DNA of 64,000 nt from a virus (Duplodnaviria; Heunggongvirae; Uroviricota; Caudoviricetes). Every line of letters begins with the position of its first letter. Position 1 is the stretch's first letter. The notes beneath the pieces are model-generated. The model was not told the DNA's origin. It did not search any database and saw only the letters and a list, made by a program, of their open reading frames with translations. Below, in pieces: positions 10,189-19,799 of this stretch. Position numbers and translations under genes: made by a program. The stretch lies in IMG/VR virus record IMGVR_UViG_3300027365_000008; one strand, written 5' to 3'.

Positions 10189-10209
10189 AGACCCAGTATA
10201 CTCAAAGCC

Positions 10210-10311
10210 ATGAAGCAGACCAAGACATTAAAAGTTCGCGTAAGAGACAAGCACGCTGCCCAGCTTAACCGCATGGCACGCAGCGTGAACTTCGTCTGGT
10301 ATAATTAACGA
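10210..10311 (+). pseudogene. tnpB: tnpB 5' remnant (33 codons)
   Basis: MKQTKTLKVRVRDKHAAQLNRMARSVNFVWYN then a stop; matches the TnpB N-terminal consensus ending in VYN/WYN. Confidence 0.6.
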
Positions 10312-10324
10312 AAGCTAAACGGAG

Positions 10325-10858
10325 TTGATTATGACGACTTGGAAGGACATAGCAGGGTACGAAGGGCTTTACAAGGTGAGTGACGACGGGCGTGTTCGGA
10401 GTTGTGACCGGGAGGTTGGTCACAGATGGGGTGGCACAGCGACGAAGAGAGGCAAGGAGCTTAAATGTCGACAGGATAAGGACGGTTACAGCATTGTCAG
10501 TCTATGCCGAGACGGGAAGAGCAAAACGGCGAAAGTTCACCGGCTCGTAGCGGCACATTTCTTGACTGGGTTTGCAGATGAAAAAGAAGTGAACCACAAA
10601 AACCTCGTCAAATCGGATAACCGAGTAGACAATCTGGAAATAACAGACCGCCGAGGCAACCAACAACACGCGGCTAACTCTGGTGTATTTAGTGGTACGA
10701 AAAACAGCAAAAGAGCCAAGAAACTCACAGCGGCCAAGGCAGACGAGTTACGCTCCATTAGACAATCAACCGAATTAAGCTTCAAAGAATTAGGGCGTAA
10801 ATTCGGAGTGAGCGCCGCAACGGCTTACCATGTATGCAAGAGGGACACATGGACGTGA
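10325..10858 (+). CDS. HNH homing endonuclease (NUMOD4/HNH_3 with a C-terminal IENR/NUMOD-like HTH)
   Basis: WKDIAGYEGLYKVSDDGRVRS (NUMOD4-like); HRLVAAHF..EVNHKN..DNRVDNLE (HNH_3); C-terminal SFKELGRKFGVSAATAY HTH. Confidence 0.75.
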   Translation: MIMTTWKDIAGYEGLYKVSDDGRVRSCDREVGHRWGGTATKRGKELKCRQDKDGYSIVSLCRDGKSKTAKVHRLVAAHFLTGFADEKEVNHKNLVKSDNRVDNLEITDRRGNQQHAANSGVFSGTKNSKRAKKLTAAKADELRSIRQSTELSFKELGRKFGVSAATAYHVCKRDTWT

Positions 10859-10980
10859 ACTCGCGAAGGGAATGCGCGGAGTGTGGTGTGCTCCACGACC
10901 GGGACGTGAACGCGGCCCGGAATATCCTCAGTCTTGCGCTCGGGCATGAGCGTCCAGAAGTGGGAATCCCCGTCCTTTAG
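10849..10980 (+). pseudogene. tnpB: tnpB 3' remnant (zinc-finger C-terminus)
   Basis: ECAECGVLHDRDVNAARNILSLALG, the typical TnpB C-terminus; different frame from the HNH ORF. Confidence 0.6.
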
Positions 10981-10993
10981 GGCGGGGAGGATG

Positions 10994-11310
10994 TCAAGAA
11001 GAGGTGATGCGTTTGGTCTTTCTCTCAAAGGAAGTTTGACCTAGTTCTTTGTAGCTATCTGTGATAGCCTTCTTAGCAATGACCACCGGGGGCTGGATGG
11101 CAACATGCGGGTAGAACTTGGCTTTGAACACCGAGAAGCGCAGCATCGGATACTCCATCTTCCAATGGATAGCAATCGCCAGCAGTTCGGGGGCATTATG
11201 ATTGGAACCGAAATCGTAAAAGATGACCTGCTTCTTGGTGCAGAAGTCAACGATTCCTTTGTAGTAAATGTCTTGTGTTTGGATTACATCAAGTAGGGCT
11301 TCTTGCATAG
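10994..11310 (-). CDS. hypothetical protein
   Basis: Minus-strand ORF abutting the IS right end. Start placed at the internal ATG (MQEALL...) preceded by gagg, because the longer ORF overlaps the next + gene. Confidence 0.35.
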
Positions 11311-11354
11311 TGACCTCGTTTTGCAGTGTATTTATAAGCGAATTGTAAGGAACA

Positions 11355-11948
11355 ATGAAAATGATAATCGAATCAGTTGAACACTTCACCGACAAAGAAG
11401 AAGCAATGTTATCTTTCTGTGCGAGCATCATTCGTGTGGATATAGATTCCCCACTGGCTCGTTCTCTCTATGAGGAATGGGTTAACCACGTCGGTACTAA
11501 GGCACACCAAGAAGGTTTCTATGTAGATTTCAAATTAAGTGCTCTGTATGATTATGCTGGGGAGCGTAGTCTATTGTATGATATTTATGGGGATAATGCT
11601 GGAAACAGTTTTATAAGAATCGATGAAGCGGTGACAGGATCATCAGGAGACAGTATTTTGTTTGGTTATGAACCTCCTTATGGTGGTGATTTTTTGATGT
11701 TATATGGTATTTCGCCTCGCTTTCGATCAAAACATCATAGGGTAGGTGAGCCAATAGACAGCCCGATTGTTTGGTTAATAGCCAACCAAAAGGGATTTTA
11801 TCTCGTCACACCTATCACTGATGAGTTTTATAGTCATTTGAAATATGTTGTTGGTGAAGAGGAACTTAGAGAAATTCTCAGTAAAGAGATTGGATCAGAA
11901 GAAATGAAAGATGATCTTAACAATATGATTTCAATGAAACATCTGTGA
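11355..11948 (+). CDS. hypothetical protein, member of a tandem paralog family
   Basis: N-terminus IIESVEHFTDKEEAMLSFCASIIRVD resembles the next gene. Confidence 0.45.
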   Translation: MKMIIESVEHFTDKEEAMLSFCASIIRVDIDSPLARSLYEEWVNHVGTKAHQEGFYVDFKLSALYDYAGERSLLYDIYGDNAGNSFIRIDEAVTGSSGDSILFGYEPPYGGDFLMLYGISPRFRSKHHRVGEPIDSPIVWLIANQKGFYLVTPITDEFYSHLKYVVGEEELREILSKEIGSEEMKDDLNNMISMKHL

Positions 11949-12605
11949 TTGATGGATAGGAGAGTCTTCATGATGATCGAATCTGTTAAGAGGTACGATG
12001 AAACGGAATCAGCTTTCGTCGGGTTCTGTGCTAGTCTTTTGGGTGTTGACGATGAATCCAAATTTGCCGCTTCCATGTTTCGCTGTTGGAGAATGTATGT
12101 TGAAAAGCGTTATAATCAGGGTATCAAGCGCGCTATGGTGTTGAACTTCGTTGATATGATATTCCATGAAACACTGTTGAATAGGGAGTCGTTGCCCACC
12201 GACTTCTTCTATCACGTCTTCCATGATAAAACCTATTTGAAAGAAGGGTCTATCGATATAGACGAACGTGCAAAAGGCTCAAGAGGGGTTCGACATTTGG
12301 GATTCGATGGAGTTGCGAGGAAAGACTTCCCATTAATGCTTCTGGGGCAAGTTATGATAGAGATTTTCACGGTACACCCTGATTACAATCAGCCCGCTTG
12401 GATGATAAAATTCGAATCTACTCCCTACTATGTTCTCAAATCAACACCCATTGACGGGGATGATACGGTTCGCCATCTGCCATATATGTTAGATGAGACT
12501 GTTGATGAAGGTCTTACAATGTTACAACAGATCACCGAGGAATCCGAGAACGAGGAAATGCTTAAAGCATCGATCAATAATATCTGTAGTTTCAGAGCAT
12601 TATAG
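11949..12605 (+). CDS. hypothetical protein, member of a tandem paralog family
   Basis: N-terminus MIESVKRYDETESAFVGFCASLLGVD parallels the 11355 product. Confidence 0.45.
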   Translation: MMDRRVFMMIESVKRYDETESAFVGFCASLLGVDDESKFAASMFRCWRMYVEKRYNQGIKRAMVLNFVDMIFHETLLNRESLPTDFFYHVFHDKTYLKEGSIDIDERAKGSRGVRHLGFDGVARKDFPLMLLGQVMIEIFTVHPDYNQPAWMIKFESTPYYVLKSTPIDGDDTVRHLPYMLDETVDEGLTMLQQITEESENEEMLKASINNICSFRAL

Positions 12606-12611
12606 GAACAG

Positions 12612-12932
12612 GTGATGTTCAAACAGACCTTCATAATGACTGATTCTGTTCCTATTTCCCTTTCATCTTCAACTAGCAGCGTTGATTTGATACTGAGTGG
12701 GCGAAAGGTTATTCGCCGCGTGACTGGCGACCTGAATGAGATTCTATCTAGGGTGTTAATGAAGGTAGATAACGAGACGGTCAATTTCCGGTGGTTCTTC
12801 TGCCATCGAGGAACCCATGGACATATCATTCTCAGTGAGGTAACCTATCTTCAGGCTAAGGAACTCGCCGTCATGGAGTCTATTTACGACCCCGTGGATA
12901 TGAAAGAGATACTGGCGTTCTTGTCTTTGTAA
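12612..12932 (+). CDS. hypothetical protein
   Basis: ORF. Confidence 0.35.
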   Translation: MMFKQTFIMTDSVPISLSSSTSSVDLILSGRKVIRRVTGDLNEILSRVLMKVDNETVNFRWFFCHRGTHGHIILSEVTYLQAKELAVMESIYDPVDMKEILAFLSL

Positions 12933-12942
12933 GGGGAATACA

Positions 12943-13464
12943 ATGCCAATTATCACAGAAGTGCGTCGAACGACTACTTTCAGAGACGCCATGAGGCTGT
13001 TGCTGGAAGTTGGATTGAACTCGTATGACATCAGTGAATCAGAAATAGATCGACTGTATGAAAAATGGCATCGCAGTGTGTTGGACAAGGTTGAACATAG
13101 AGGTTATACAAAGATATTTGTAGATGCAGAAATGTTGGTAGAGATTGGTGATTTTGCTGACGGGATACATATCTTCGTTGACGAAGGCGGTGGTCGTAAA
13201 TCGGCTTTTAAGTATCTATTTGAAGATGAGAAATCGTATGAAATGTGCAATCTTCTCTTAGATGTTGTCGAGCCGACATCGAATAGAAATCACCTGACTG
13301 CGGCTTGGCTTTTTGGCTTCGGTGATAGTTTCTTTGTCATTAAGAATGGAAGTAGACGTGAAGAACTCCATTTTTCTTATGTGTTGGAATCTGCATTTGA
13401 TGAAGTGGGCGTCATCGATCTGGTAACCAACTCCAAAGATGCTGAAAGTTCCGTGAACATATAG
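12943..13464 (+). CDS. hypothetical protein, possibly a third member of the paralog family
   Basis: N-terminal EVGLNSYDISESEIDRLYEKWHRSV.KVEHRGY resembles the SLYEEWVNHVGTKAHQEGF region of the 11355 product. Confidence 0.4.
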   Translation: MPIITEVRRTTTFRDAMRLLLEVGLNSYDISESEIDRLYEKWHRSVLDKVEHRGYTKIFVDAEMLVEIGDFADGIHIFVDEGGGRKSAFKYLFEDEKSYEMCNLLLDVVEPTSNRNHLTAAWLFGFGDSFFVIKNGSRREELHFSYVLESAFDEVGVIDLVTNSKDAESSVNI

Positions 13465-13489
13465 TAAATCACTTGGGTATGAGGTCACT

Positions 13490-14011
13490 ATGAACCCGGT
13501 TCTAAAACAATACGAAACAGAAAGCGAAGCCCATTATGCGGTATTACGACACGTCCGAGAATTGTCTGTTTACGAGATCGATGGGATAAAGTTCATCGGT
13601 GATATGCGTCTAATCGCCCAACGCGGGCGTGACACCATCGGTATACTCGGACGAGAGAATAGTAGTACCGAACTGATGTTAAGTTTCGATACTAACTATA
13701 TGGATGGAGATAGCATCAAATCGACCGAAGGTGAATTGAAGAACGGTCACTGGGCAATTGCTGGCAGAGTCAGTTATCATGATTGTGCCGTCATATACAC
13801 CAACTCTCAGCATGGCATTTGGGTTATCTCTAACATTACATTTCAAACACTTGATGATTTGATGTCTATCAATAGTAGTATTGAATCCGATGACGGTAGG
13901 GAGAGCCACGATGTTGTCAAATGCATTATCAATCCTATTCTTGAGTATCATGATGATCCTGATGGCTTGGTTGAGTATGTGACCAACGTCCAAGGGATGC
14001 GCAACCTATGA
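13490..14011 (+). CDS. hypothetical protein
   Basis: ORF. Confidence 0.4.
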   Translation: MNPVLKQYETESEAHYAVLRHVRELSVYEIDGIKFIGDMRLIAQRGRDTIGILGRENSSTELMLSFDTNYMDGDSIKSTEGELKNGHWAIAGRVSYHDCAVIYTNSQHGIWVISNITFQTLDDLMSINSSIESDDGRESHDVVKCIINPILEYHDDPDGLVEYVTNVQGMRNL

Positions 14012-14040
14012 TGACTTGACAATCCATCGCCAATCGGTAC

Positions 14041-14202
14041 AATATCGCCTATGAACGATTCCTTTGAACAACTCAAGTCTGATATAGTCATCGCTGCCGG
14101 GCTTCAATCTCAGGAAGCTACCGGATTCTATGCTATCCATTGCCGTTTGTATAGACTTCGACATAAGGTTCAAACTTGTTCGATTTGGTTAGGTTTGTGG
14201 AG
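14041..14202 (+). pseudogene. divergent duplicate of the primase 5' end (about 32 codons homologous, then out-of-context residues)
   Basis: [31 protein letters not shown] here versus [31 protein letters not shown] at primase gene 15019; its 3' part overlaps the HNH gene end. Confidence 0.55.
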
Positions 14203-14918
14203 GCATCTATGATTTGTAAATTCCATGGCACATGAAGACCGCTGACCAACTTCCCTTGAAGTGGAATGATATGGTCTACATGAACATCATACCCTTGTTC
14301 TCGAAGATTGGTAGCTTCTGCATAGATGGATTTGATTTCATCTTCAAAACCTTCAAAGGAACGATTGAGTTTAGCTGCACGGCGTTTAGCTGCTGATATT
14401 TTTGTCCAAAGTCGTATCTTGTTGATGTTATTTGTACGATACATAGCATACCACTGTTTACGGATTTCGATATTCTCTATCCGCCACCGGGCATGGTACT
14501 CATTGCGTTCCTTGCGATTATCAACTTGATATTGCTTCTGATACTCAATTCGTTCTTCTTGATGGCGTTGGTAATAGTCTTTTTGGTACTCTAAACGGGA
14601 TTCGCGGTTCTCTTGATAATACAATCTATCTTTCTCGTTCATAAGATCACGGTTTTCTTTGCGATAGATACGCTTAGATTCCTTAATCTTCTCTTCATTT
14701 CGTTTTCGATACGATTTGGCGCGTGCTTTAATTTCATCGTGTTTCTCTACCTCATAAACAAGTTGACATCGGAGACATTTCCCGTTACTAGCGTAACGTA
14801 TTGATATATGCCCGTTACCACATGGGTTTCCTGTAAAGTAATAGCGTATTCCACGTTCTTTCGCGGTACTTCGAGAAATGAGTTGTCCATAGTGCGGGTG
14901 GATGGTGTCACTGATCAT
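14133..14918 (-). CDS. free-standing HNH homing endonuclease
   Basis: C-terminal [36 protein letters not shown] (HNH); N-terminal [19 protein letters not shown] zinc-binding motif; long R/K/E/Y-rich repetitive middle. Confidence 0.7.
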   Translation of the reverse strand: MISDTIHPHYGQLISRSTAKERGIRYYFTGNPCGNGHISIRYASNGKCLRCQLVYEVEKHDEIKARAKSYRKRNEEKIKESKRIYRKENRDLMNEKDRLYYQENRESRLEYQKDYYQRHQEERIEYQKQYQVDNRKERNEYHARWRIENIEIRKQWYAMYRTNNINKIRLWTKISAAKRRAAKLNRSFEGFEDEIKSIYAEATNLREQGYDVHVDHIIPLQGKLVSGLHVPWNLQIIDASTNLTKSNKFEPYVEVYTNGNG

Positions 14919-15018
14919 TGACTTCTCCTTCGAGGTTTGTTTAAATGACTAGATTGGGTAGCGGCAACGTCTCTATCCTCAATATTTACCTGCCTACCAA
15001 TTCGAAGGAGTCGCTTAT

Positions 15019-15966
15019 ATGAACGATGCATTTGAAACTATGAAACACGATATAATGCTGGCGTGCTCACTCACTACCCAAGAAGCAACAGGCTTTTATG
15101 CTACCAACTGTCCTATATGCAAAAAACAGGATAGAAAAACAGGGGGGTTTTTGTTTGAATCTGATACCTGTGTATTTCAGTGCTTTCGTGGATCATGTGA
15201 TGCCACTTGTGTTTACCGCGTAGGTGAACCAGTATCTCGCAAGTTCCGGCGTCTCATGGAATCTATTCATGTTTCAATTCCACTTGAATTGCGGATGGTC
15301 AAGTCATCATTCAAGAAAGCCCTAGAAGAGAGTCTGGATGAGTCTCTGTTCAAGAAGCATCATTACAAACAGATCAATATGCCGGATGGTTGGGTTCCAT
15401 TGCATTCCGTATCGGATCAGAAACAGGCATTCTGGCTCGATCATTATGACCGTAGGGCAGTGCCTACCCATGACATCCTTTACATCGAGAAGGGCACCTA
15501 CAAGGGGCTGACTGCCATTCCTGCGTATTACTATGATAAGCTGATTGGCTTTCAGGTTGTCAATCCAAAGGGTCGGGTCAAGTACATAACAGAAACTGAT
15601 AACACGCACATGATCTATGTCCCTGATCGGTTTCCCGGTGAACGTATTATCGTGGTGGAAGGCATCTTAGATGCCAAGTGCTTTCCGATGACCTGTGCCG
15701 TCATGAGAAGCAGCATCACGCCAGAACAAGCCTACTTCTTGAAAGGTAAAGACGTTATCTTCTTGCCTGATCGAACTGGAAACCATTTCATCGATCAAGT
15801 CAAGGATTATGGGTGGAAGATGTGTGTTCCACCTTGGAAGGAAAAAGACTTGAACAGCGCAGTGATCAAGTACGGGGTAATGGCTGTCGCCGAGATGATC
15901 CATGAGAATACATTTGAAAGTTATCTCGACATCCGAGTTAGATACGATCTTTGGAGGCAGAAATGA
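15019..15966 (+). CDS. DNA primase (DnaG/T4 gp61-like: zinc ribbon plus TOPRIM)
   Basis: CPICKK..C..C zinc ribbon; TOPRIM motifs IIVVEGILDAKC and VIFLPDRTGNH. Confidence 0.7.
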   Translation: MNDAFETMKHDIMLACSLTTQEATGFYATNCPICKKQDRKTGGFLFESDTCVFQCFRGSCDATCVYRVGEPVSRKFRRLMESIHVSIPLELRMVKSSFKKALEESLDESLFKKHHYKQINMPDGWVPLHSVSDQKQAFWLDHYDRRAVPTHDILYIEKGTYKGLTAIPAYYYDKLIGFQVVNPKGRVKYITETDNTHMIYVPDRFPGERIIVVEGILDAKCFPMTCAVMRSSITPEQAYFLKGKDVIFLPDRTGNHFIDQVKDYGWKMCVPPWKEKDLNSAVIKYGVMAVAEMIHENTFESYLDIRVRYDLWRQK

Positions 15967-16490
15967 TCTTTACTGATGAAGCCGTTCACGTCACAAAAAG
16001 TGTTCACCGTGCGCATAACATAATCAGGTGTTCTGTGACGGACGAAGAAAGAGACGTGATATGTTCCTCGATGAATGACATCCTAACTATCAGCACCAAT
16101 AAGCCAGATCACGTTATAGGCGTTACACAATCCTCTTCTCTCTGGGATGATTGTTTAGGAATCGATATCCTAGACCGCATCCATGAAAGACAGGTCGGGA
16201 TGAAGATGATTATCATGTTCGATCCGTTTTGTGATTGTGGGTCTTTCAGTGTTGGCATCCATCAACTTGCGTCATTCGACCCAATAAACACAAACAAACC
16301 GAAGATCATAGACCGTGAACTGTTCTCTGCCAAGATATTGCGCCATGTCATTCAGCGAAGTGATGAGATAGACCGCATCATGTTCCCCAATGCCCCCGTG
16401 TCGGCAACCGAACTGTATATAGCTGCCTTCTTACCTGAATCATGGAGCGATTTCGACCTTGATACACTCGTCAAGTTGCACCGTCTTTGA
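15951..16490 (+). CDS. hypothetical protein
   Basis: ORF; start overlaps the primase stop. Confidence 0.4.
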   Translation: MEAEMIFTDEAVHVTKSVHRAHNIIRCSVTDEERDVICSSMNDILTISTNKPDHVIGVTQSSSLWDDCLGIDILDRIHERQVGMKMIIMFDPFCDCGSFSVGIHQLASFDPINTNKPKIIDRELFSAKILRHVIQRSDEIDRIMFPNAPVSATELYIAAFLPESWSDFDLDTLVKLHRL

Positions 16491-16499
16491 GGATTAGAC

Positions 16500-16850
16500 A
16501 TGGAACCTACATCAGAAAGGCAATCGGTTTATGCTGCGATAATAAAAGACGATTTCGACAAGGCGTTCGAAACGCTGTTGATGACTGATGTCGAGAAGAG
16601 CGTCTTGGTGGCTAGGGCACTTATCGATGGGAGTGGGGTCATCGTTGCTACTGACGTTGTTGAGAATGAGGACTGTCTTTCTTATATGATTGTTATCCGT
16701 GGTGGGAGAACAATTAAATCGATGATAGATACCCATCACCGCCCAGAATATTTTGAAACCAAAACCTACTTTCAATCGATAGAACCATCGACTATCAATC
16801 CGAGTACGATTGTTAAGATGAAGGATTTGATTGCTTTCTATAACATCTAA
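16500..16850 (+). CDS. hypothetical protein
   Basis: ORF. Confidence 0.4.
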   Translation: MEPTSERQSVYAAIIKDDFDKAFETLLMTDVEKSVLVARALIDGSGVIVATDVVENEDCLSYMIVIRGGRTIKSMIDTHHRPEYFETKTYFQSIEPSTINPSTIVKMKDLIAFYNI

Positions 16851-16862
16851 AGGAGATTCAGA

Positions 16863-17357
16863 ATGACTACCAAAAATGAACTGCTTTACTTCCCCCAAGT
16901 CAAACCACTGGACACGTTGGCCATGGCGCTTGAGACGAAGGTGTTAGAAGACCTTGAACGTGTGGAATACAGACTCGAACAATCTAAAATGATTCGACAA
17001 GGGTTCTTTTCAAAGTGCGAAAAACTTTTCAGTGCCTATCGAGAGAATTTCCACATCAGCATCCCGACAACGCAAACTGCTACAGAAGTCTTCGATCATG
17101 AGGATGAGGATAAGAAGACGTGGAAAGCAAAATTTGTGTTGAGGGGTTACAATCCTGCTACCAAACGAATTAGAACGATCAACTCTCGTGGTATAATCTA
17201 TTCTGGTAGTGAAAACATAAATGGGGATTTGTTGGTGTGCGAACTCGCCCTATGGTCAAAGCTGCATGAGGTGAGGGTGCATGATATCGCCACACAAATA
17301 GCAATCGATGCATTGGAAGCAATCGATGCATCGGTACGCTTTGCCTACGCAATGTGA
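16863..17357 (+). CDS. hypothetical protein
   Basis: ORF with RBS aggaga. Confidence 0.45.
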   Translation: MTTKNELLYFPQVKPLDTLAMALETKVLEDLERVEYRLEQSKMIRQGFFSKCEKLFSAYRENFHISIPTTQTATEVFDHEDEDKKTWKAKFVLRGYNPATKRIRTINSRGIIYSGSENINGDLLVCELALWSKLHEVRVHDIATQIAIDALEAIDASVRFAYAM

Positions 17358-17569
17358 TCAGACAGAGCCTATGCCTAACCCAGTAGTCGATGGTTGACAT
17401 ACCTTGTCGATCATGGGATACTGGGCTTCTTGTTATATGGATACTGTGGCATTTAATGGCAGCCTGAGACGGTTGAAAGAAGACATGGTATCGTTGGCAA
17501 AATACCTCTATTGCTTCTGAGACTAACTACGGCACCATTCTATACCTAACACACGTCACAAGGAGAACT

Positions 17570-18967
17570 ATGTCAGACACGATTAACAAGAAAGAGAAGA
17601 TTACCCTTGAGTATGCCCTGTCCGACAGGGAACTCTTTCTTAAAGCCCATTCTGTTCTGAAACCATCATACTTCGAACGACCGCTGGATGCGGTTGTCGA
17701 ATATGCGCTCGAATACTTTAGCAACTACCACAAGATTCCCGACTTCGATCTGATCGAGGCAGAAACCAACGTCTCGTTGAAATACCGAGATGTTGATGAT
17801 AGTGATCGTCAGTATGCGGTGGATGAGATTGAACACCACTGTGCCAAACAGGCAATGGTCGAAGCTATCCTGAAAAGTGCCGATCTGGTCAACGATGACG
17901 AAGTTGATTTGACTCAGGTACAGACCCTAGTCAGGGATGCCCTGATGGTCAAGATCGACAAGGTTCTGGGTACCGATCTATTTGAATCGCCGAGGGAACG
18001 TCGAGAACGCTCAGAACTTAACGTCGATGGGAAACTGATGGGCATTCCGGCTCTCGATGAGATTGCCGAAGAATGGCGGCGCGGCGAATTGTACTTCTTC
18101 GTTGCGGGCACATCCGTGGGTAAGTCTGTCATGCTGGGTAACGTGGCAGAACGGTTCTCATCACAGAAAGAAGACGTGATGATCTATTCGGTGGAGATGA
18201 ACGAAGACCTCTATAGCAAGCGTCTGGATTCTATCGTTACCGGAACGCCTATCAAGGAACCCGATGTCGATGAGATCGTTGACTATCTGGAATCCAATCG
18301 TGAAGATTATGGAAGGATTACAACCAAGAAGGTTAACACCAAGTTCGGAGTAGAAGACCTTCGGGCGCATCTACTCGAATACCACATGACCTACGGCAAG
18401 TATCCCGATGTCTGTATCATCGACTACATCGATATTTTTGGAACGGGTGCCGCTCAATCCAAGAACATGAACAAGTATGATATCGATGAACACAAAACGC
18501 ATTCTATTCGTGATCTTATGGATGAGTTTGGAATGCGAGGCTTCACGGCGGCACAGATGAACCGTGATGGCTATGGTCTGGCGGATATCGGACCTCAGCA
18601 CGTTCAAGGCGGTCTGTCCAAGCTGCAAGGCGCGGATGGGGCGTTCGCACTGGTCGCTACCGAAGAGGACTTGGAAAACGATCAGCTTCAGTGCAAAGGG
18701 ATCAAACTCCGTAACTCCAACAACAAACACAAGGTGATCACCCTGTATCGGTGTCCCAAGACATTGCGGGTTACCGATGAACCGTTAATCCCTAAGCAAA
18801 AGAACCCTCTTGACAAGCGTAAGGCAGACAAGGACAATGGGGGTCCGAGCAACACCCCCAAGAAAACGACATCCAAATCAACATCCAAAAAGGATTTGAT
18901 TAAGGATACGCCCAAGTCGGGTAAAGACAAACTGAAACAGGCGATGAGCCTAAGTCGAGGACTCTAA
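17570..18967 (+). CDS. replicative DNA helicase (DnaB family, T4 gp41-like)
   Basis: GIPALDEIAEEWRRGELYFFVAGTSVGKSVMLGN Walker A; DVCIIDYID Walker B; RecA-like core with a DnaB N-domain; 465 aa. Confidence 0.8.
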   Translation: MSDTINKKEKITLEYALSDRELFLKAHSVLKPSYFERPLDAVVEYALEYFSNYHKIPDFDLIEAETNVSLKYRDVDDSDRQYAVDEIEHHCAKQAMVEAILKSADLVNDDEVDLTQVQTLVRDALMVKIDKVLGTDLFESPRERRERSELNVDGKLMGIPALDEIAEEWRRGELYFFVAGTSVGKSVMLGNVAERFSSQKEDVMIYSVEMNEDLYSKRLDSIVTGTPIKEPDVDEIVDYLESNREDYGRITTKKVNTKFGVEDLRAHLLEYHMTYGKYPDVCIIDYIDIFGTGAAQSKNMNKYDIDEHKTHSIRDLMDEFGMRGFTAAQMNRDGYGLADIGPQHVQGGLSKLQGADGAFALVATEEDLENDQLQCKGIKLRNSNNKHKVITLYRCPKTLRVTDEPLIPKQKNPLDKRKADKDNGGPSNTPKKTTSKSTSKKDLIKDTPKSGKDKLKQAMSLSRGL

Positions 18968-19578
18968 TGCGAATTATCGGGTATGCGGCAGTCGATAGTG
19001 ATGATGTCATTTGTGGTGAAGTCAATGGTAGGATGCGGCAGACTTCTTACTTCGCCAAGCCGCTCACGAAAGAACTGGATAAGCAGTTCCTCATGAAACA
19101 CCTTCGTGGTTATTCGAGGGTGTTGTACGTGTGCGGTGAGAACACGTATAACGACTGTCAATTCATGTTGAGTCGTGATTCCTGCATGGCGTTGGTGACT
19201 TCCCCCAACGAAATCAAATTGTACAACCACACGACCTTTGTGGTTGACGAAGCGGAGTTGCACAACTCCGCTATTGGACGTGCAATGGATCAATACGATC
19301 CCGATGACCATGAATCGACTGCCAAGCTGGCTCACATTCTGGCATGGCACAATCGGCTTGATGCTATCGTGGTGCTTGGTGGCGTATCGGTTTACGATGC
19401 GTTCTCTGATATCTACACCGATTTCTATCTGTCAACCATTAATGGGTCGATCAGAAAAGAAGTGGATGGTGAACGAAAATCCATTCCTATGACACTTTGG
19501 CATGTGCGTGATCGCCTTCGGGCTAAGTATCCACTTGAAGTTTCGTTTGGCGATTACAAGGTGGTACATTATTCATAA
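18967..19578 (+). CDS. hypothetical protein
   Basis: ORF; ATG overlaps the helicase stop. Confidence 0.4.
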   Translation: MRIIGYAAVDSDDVICGEVNGRMRQTSYFAKPLTKELDKQFLMKHLRGYSRVLYVCGENTYNDCQFMLSRDSCMALVTSPNEIKLYNHTTFVVDEAELHNSAIGRAMDQYDPDDHESTAKLAHILAWHNRLDAIVVLGGVSVYDAFSDIYTDFYLSTINGSIRKEVDGERKSIPMTLWHVRDRLRAKYPLEVSFGDYKVVHYS

Positions 19579-19588
19579 GGAGATTGTG

Positions 19589-19792
19589 ATGGATAAACAA
19601 GTTATCAATGCATATTCGGACAGCATGATCAACGAGGCGGCTGCCGAACTGGGACTTGCCAGCGAATATGTCAACAGTCATACCTCGGTCGAATGGGACG
19701 AGAACGGAGATGTGACGATCTCGGTCATCGTGGAAGACGATAATGGTATGACTGTGACCAAAGAAATGACCCTCAAACAACTCAACGGCTAA
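19589..19792 (+). CDS. hypothetical small protein
   Basis: ATG with RBS aggagattg. Confidence 0.35.
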   Translation: MDKQVINAYSDSMINEAAAELGLASEYVNSHTSVEWDENGDVTISVIVEDDNGMTVTKEMTLKQLNG

Positions 19793-19799
19793 AGGAGCA

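Larger units (their letters stand above)
9740..10995. mobile_element. IS200/IS605-family insertion sequence with tnpA intact and tnpB reduced to N- and C-terminal stubs flanking an HNH endonuclease gene
   Basis: Terminal subterminal hairpins tggggcgcgtcagcgcccc (left) and ccccgtcctttagggcgggg (right, imperfect); Y1 HUH transposase gene; divergent TnpB start and TnpB zinc-finger C-terminus. Confidence 0.7.

Noticed and set aside
17358-17569. The 210-nt intergenic region before the helicase as a possible tRNA or ncRNA
   Set aside because: No cloverleaf-compatible acceptor/T-arm pairing is visible by eye. It is treated as a promoter/leader region (TTGACA-17-GATACT candidate at 17393-17421) only.
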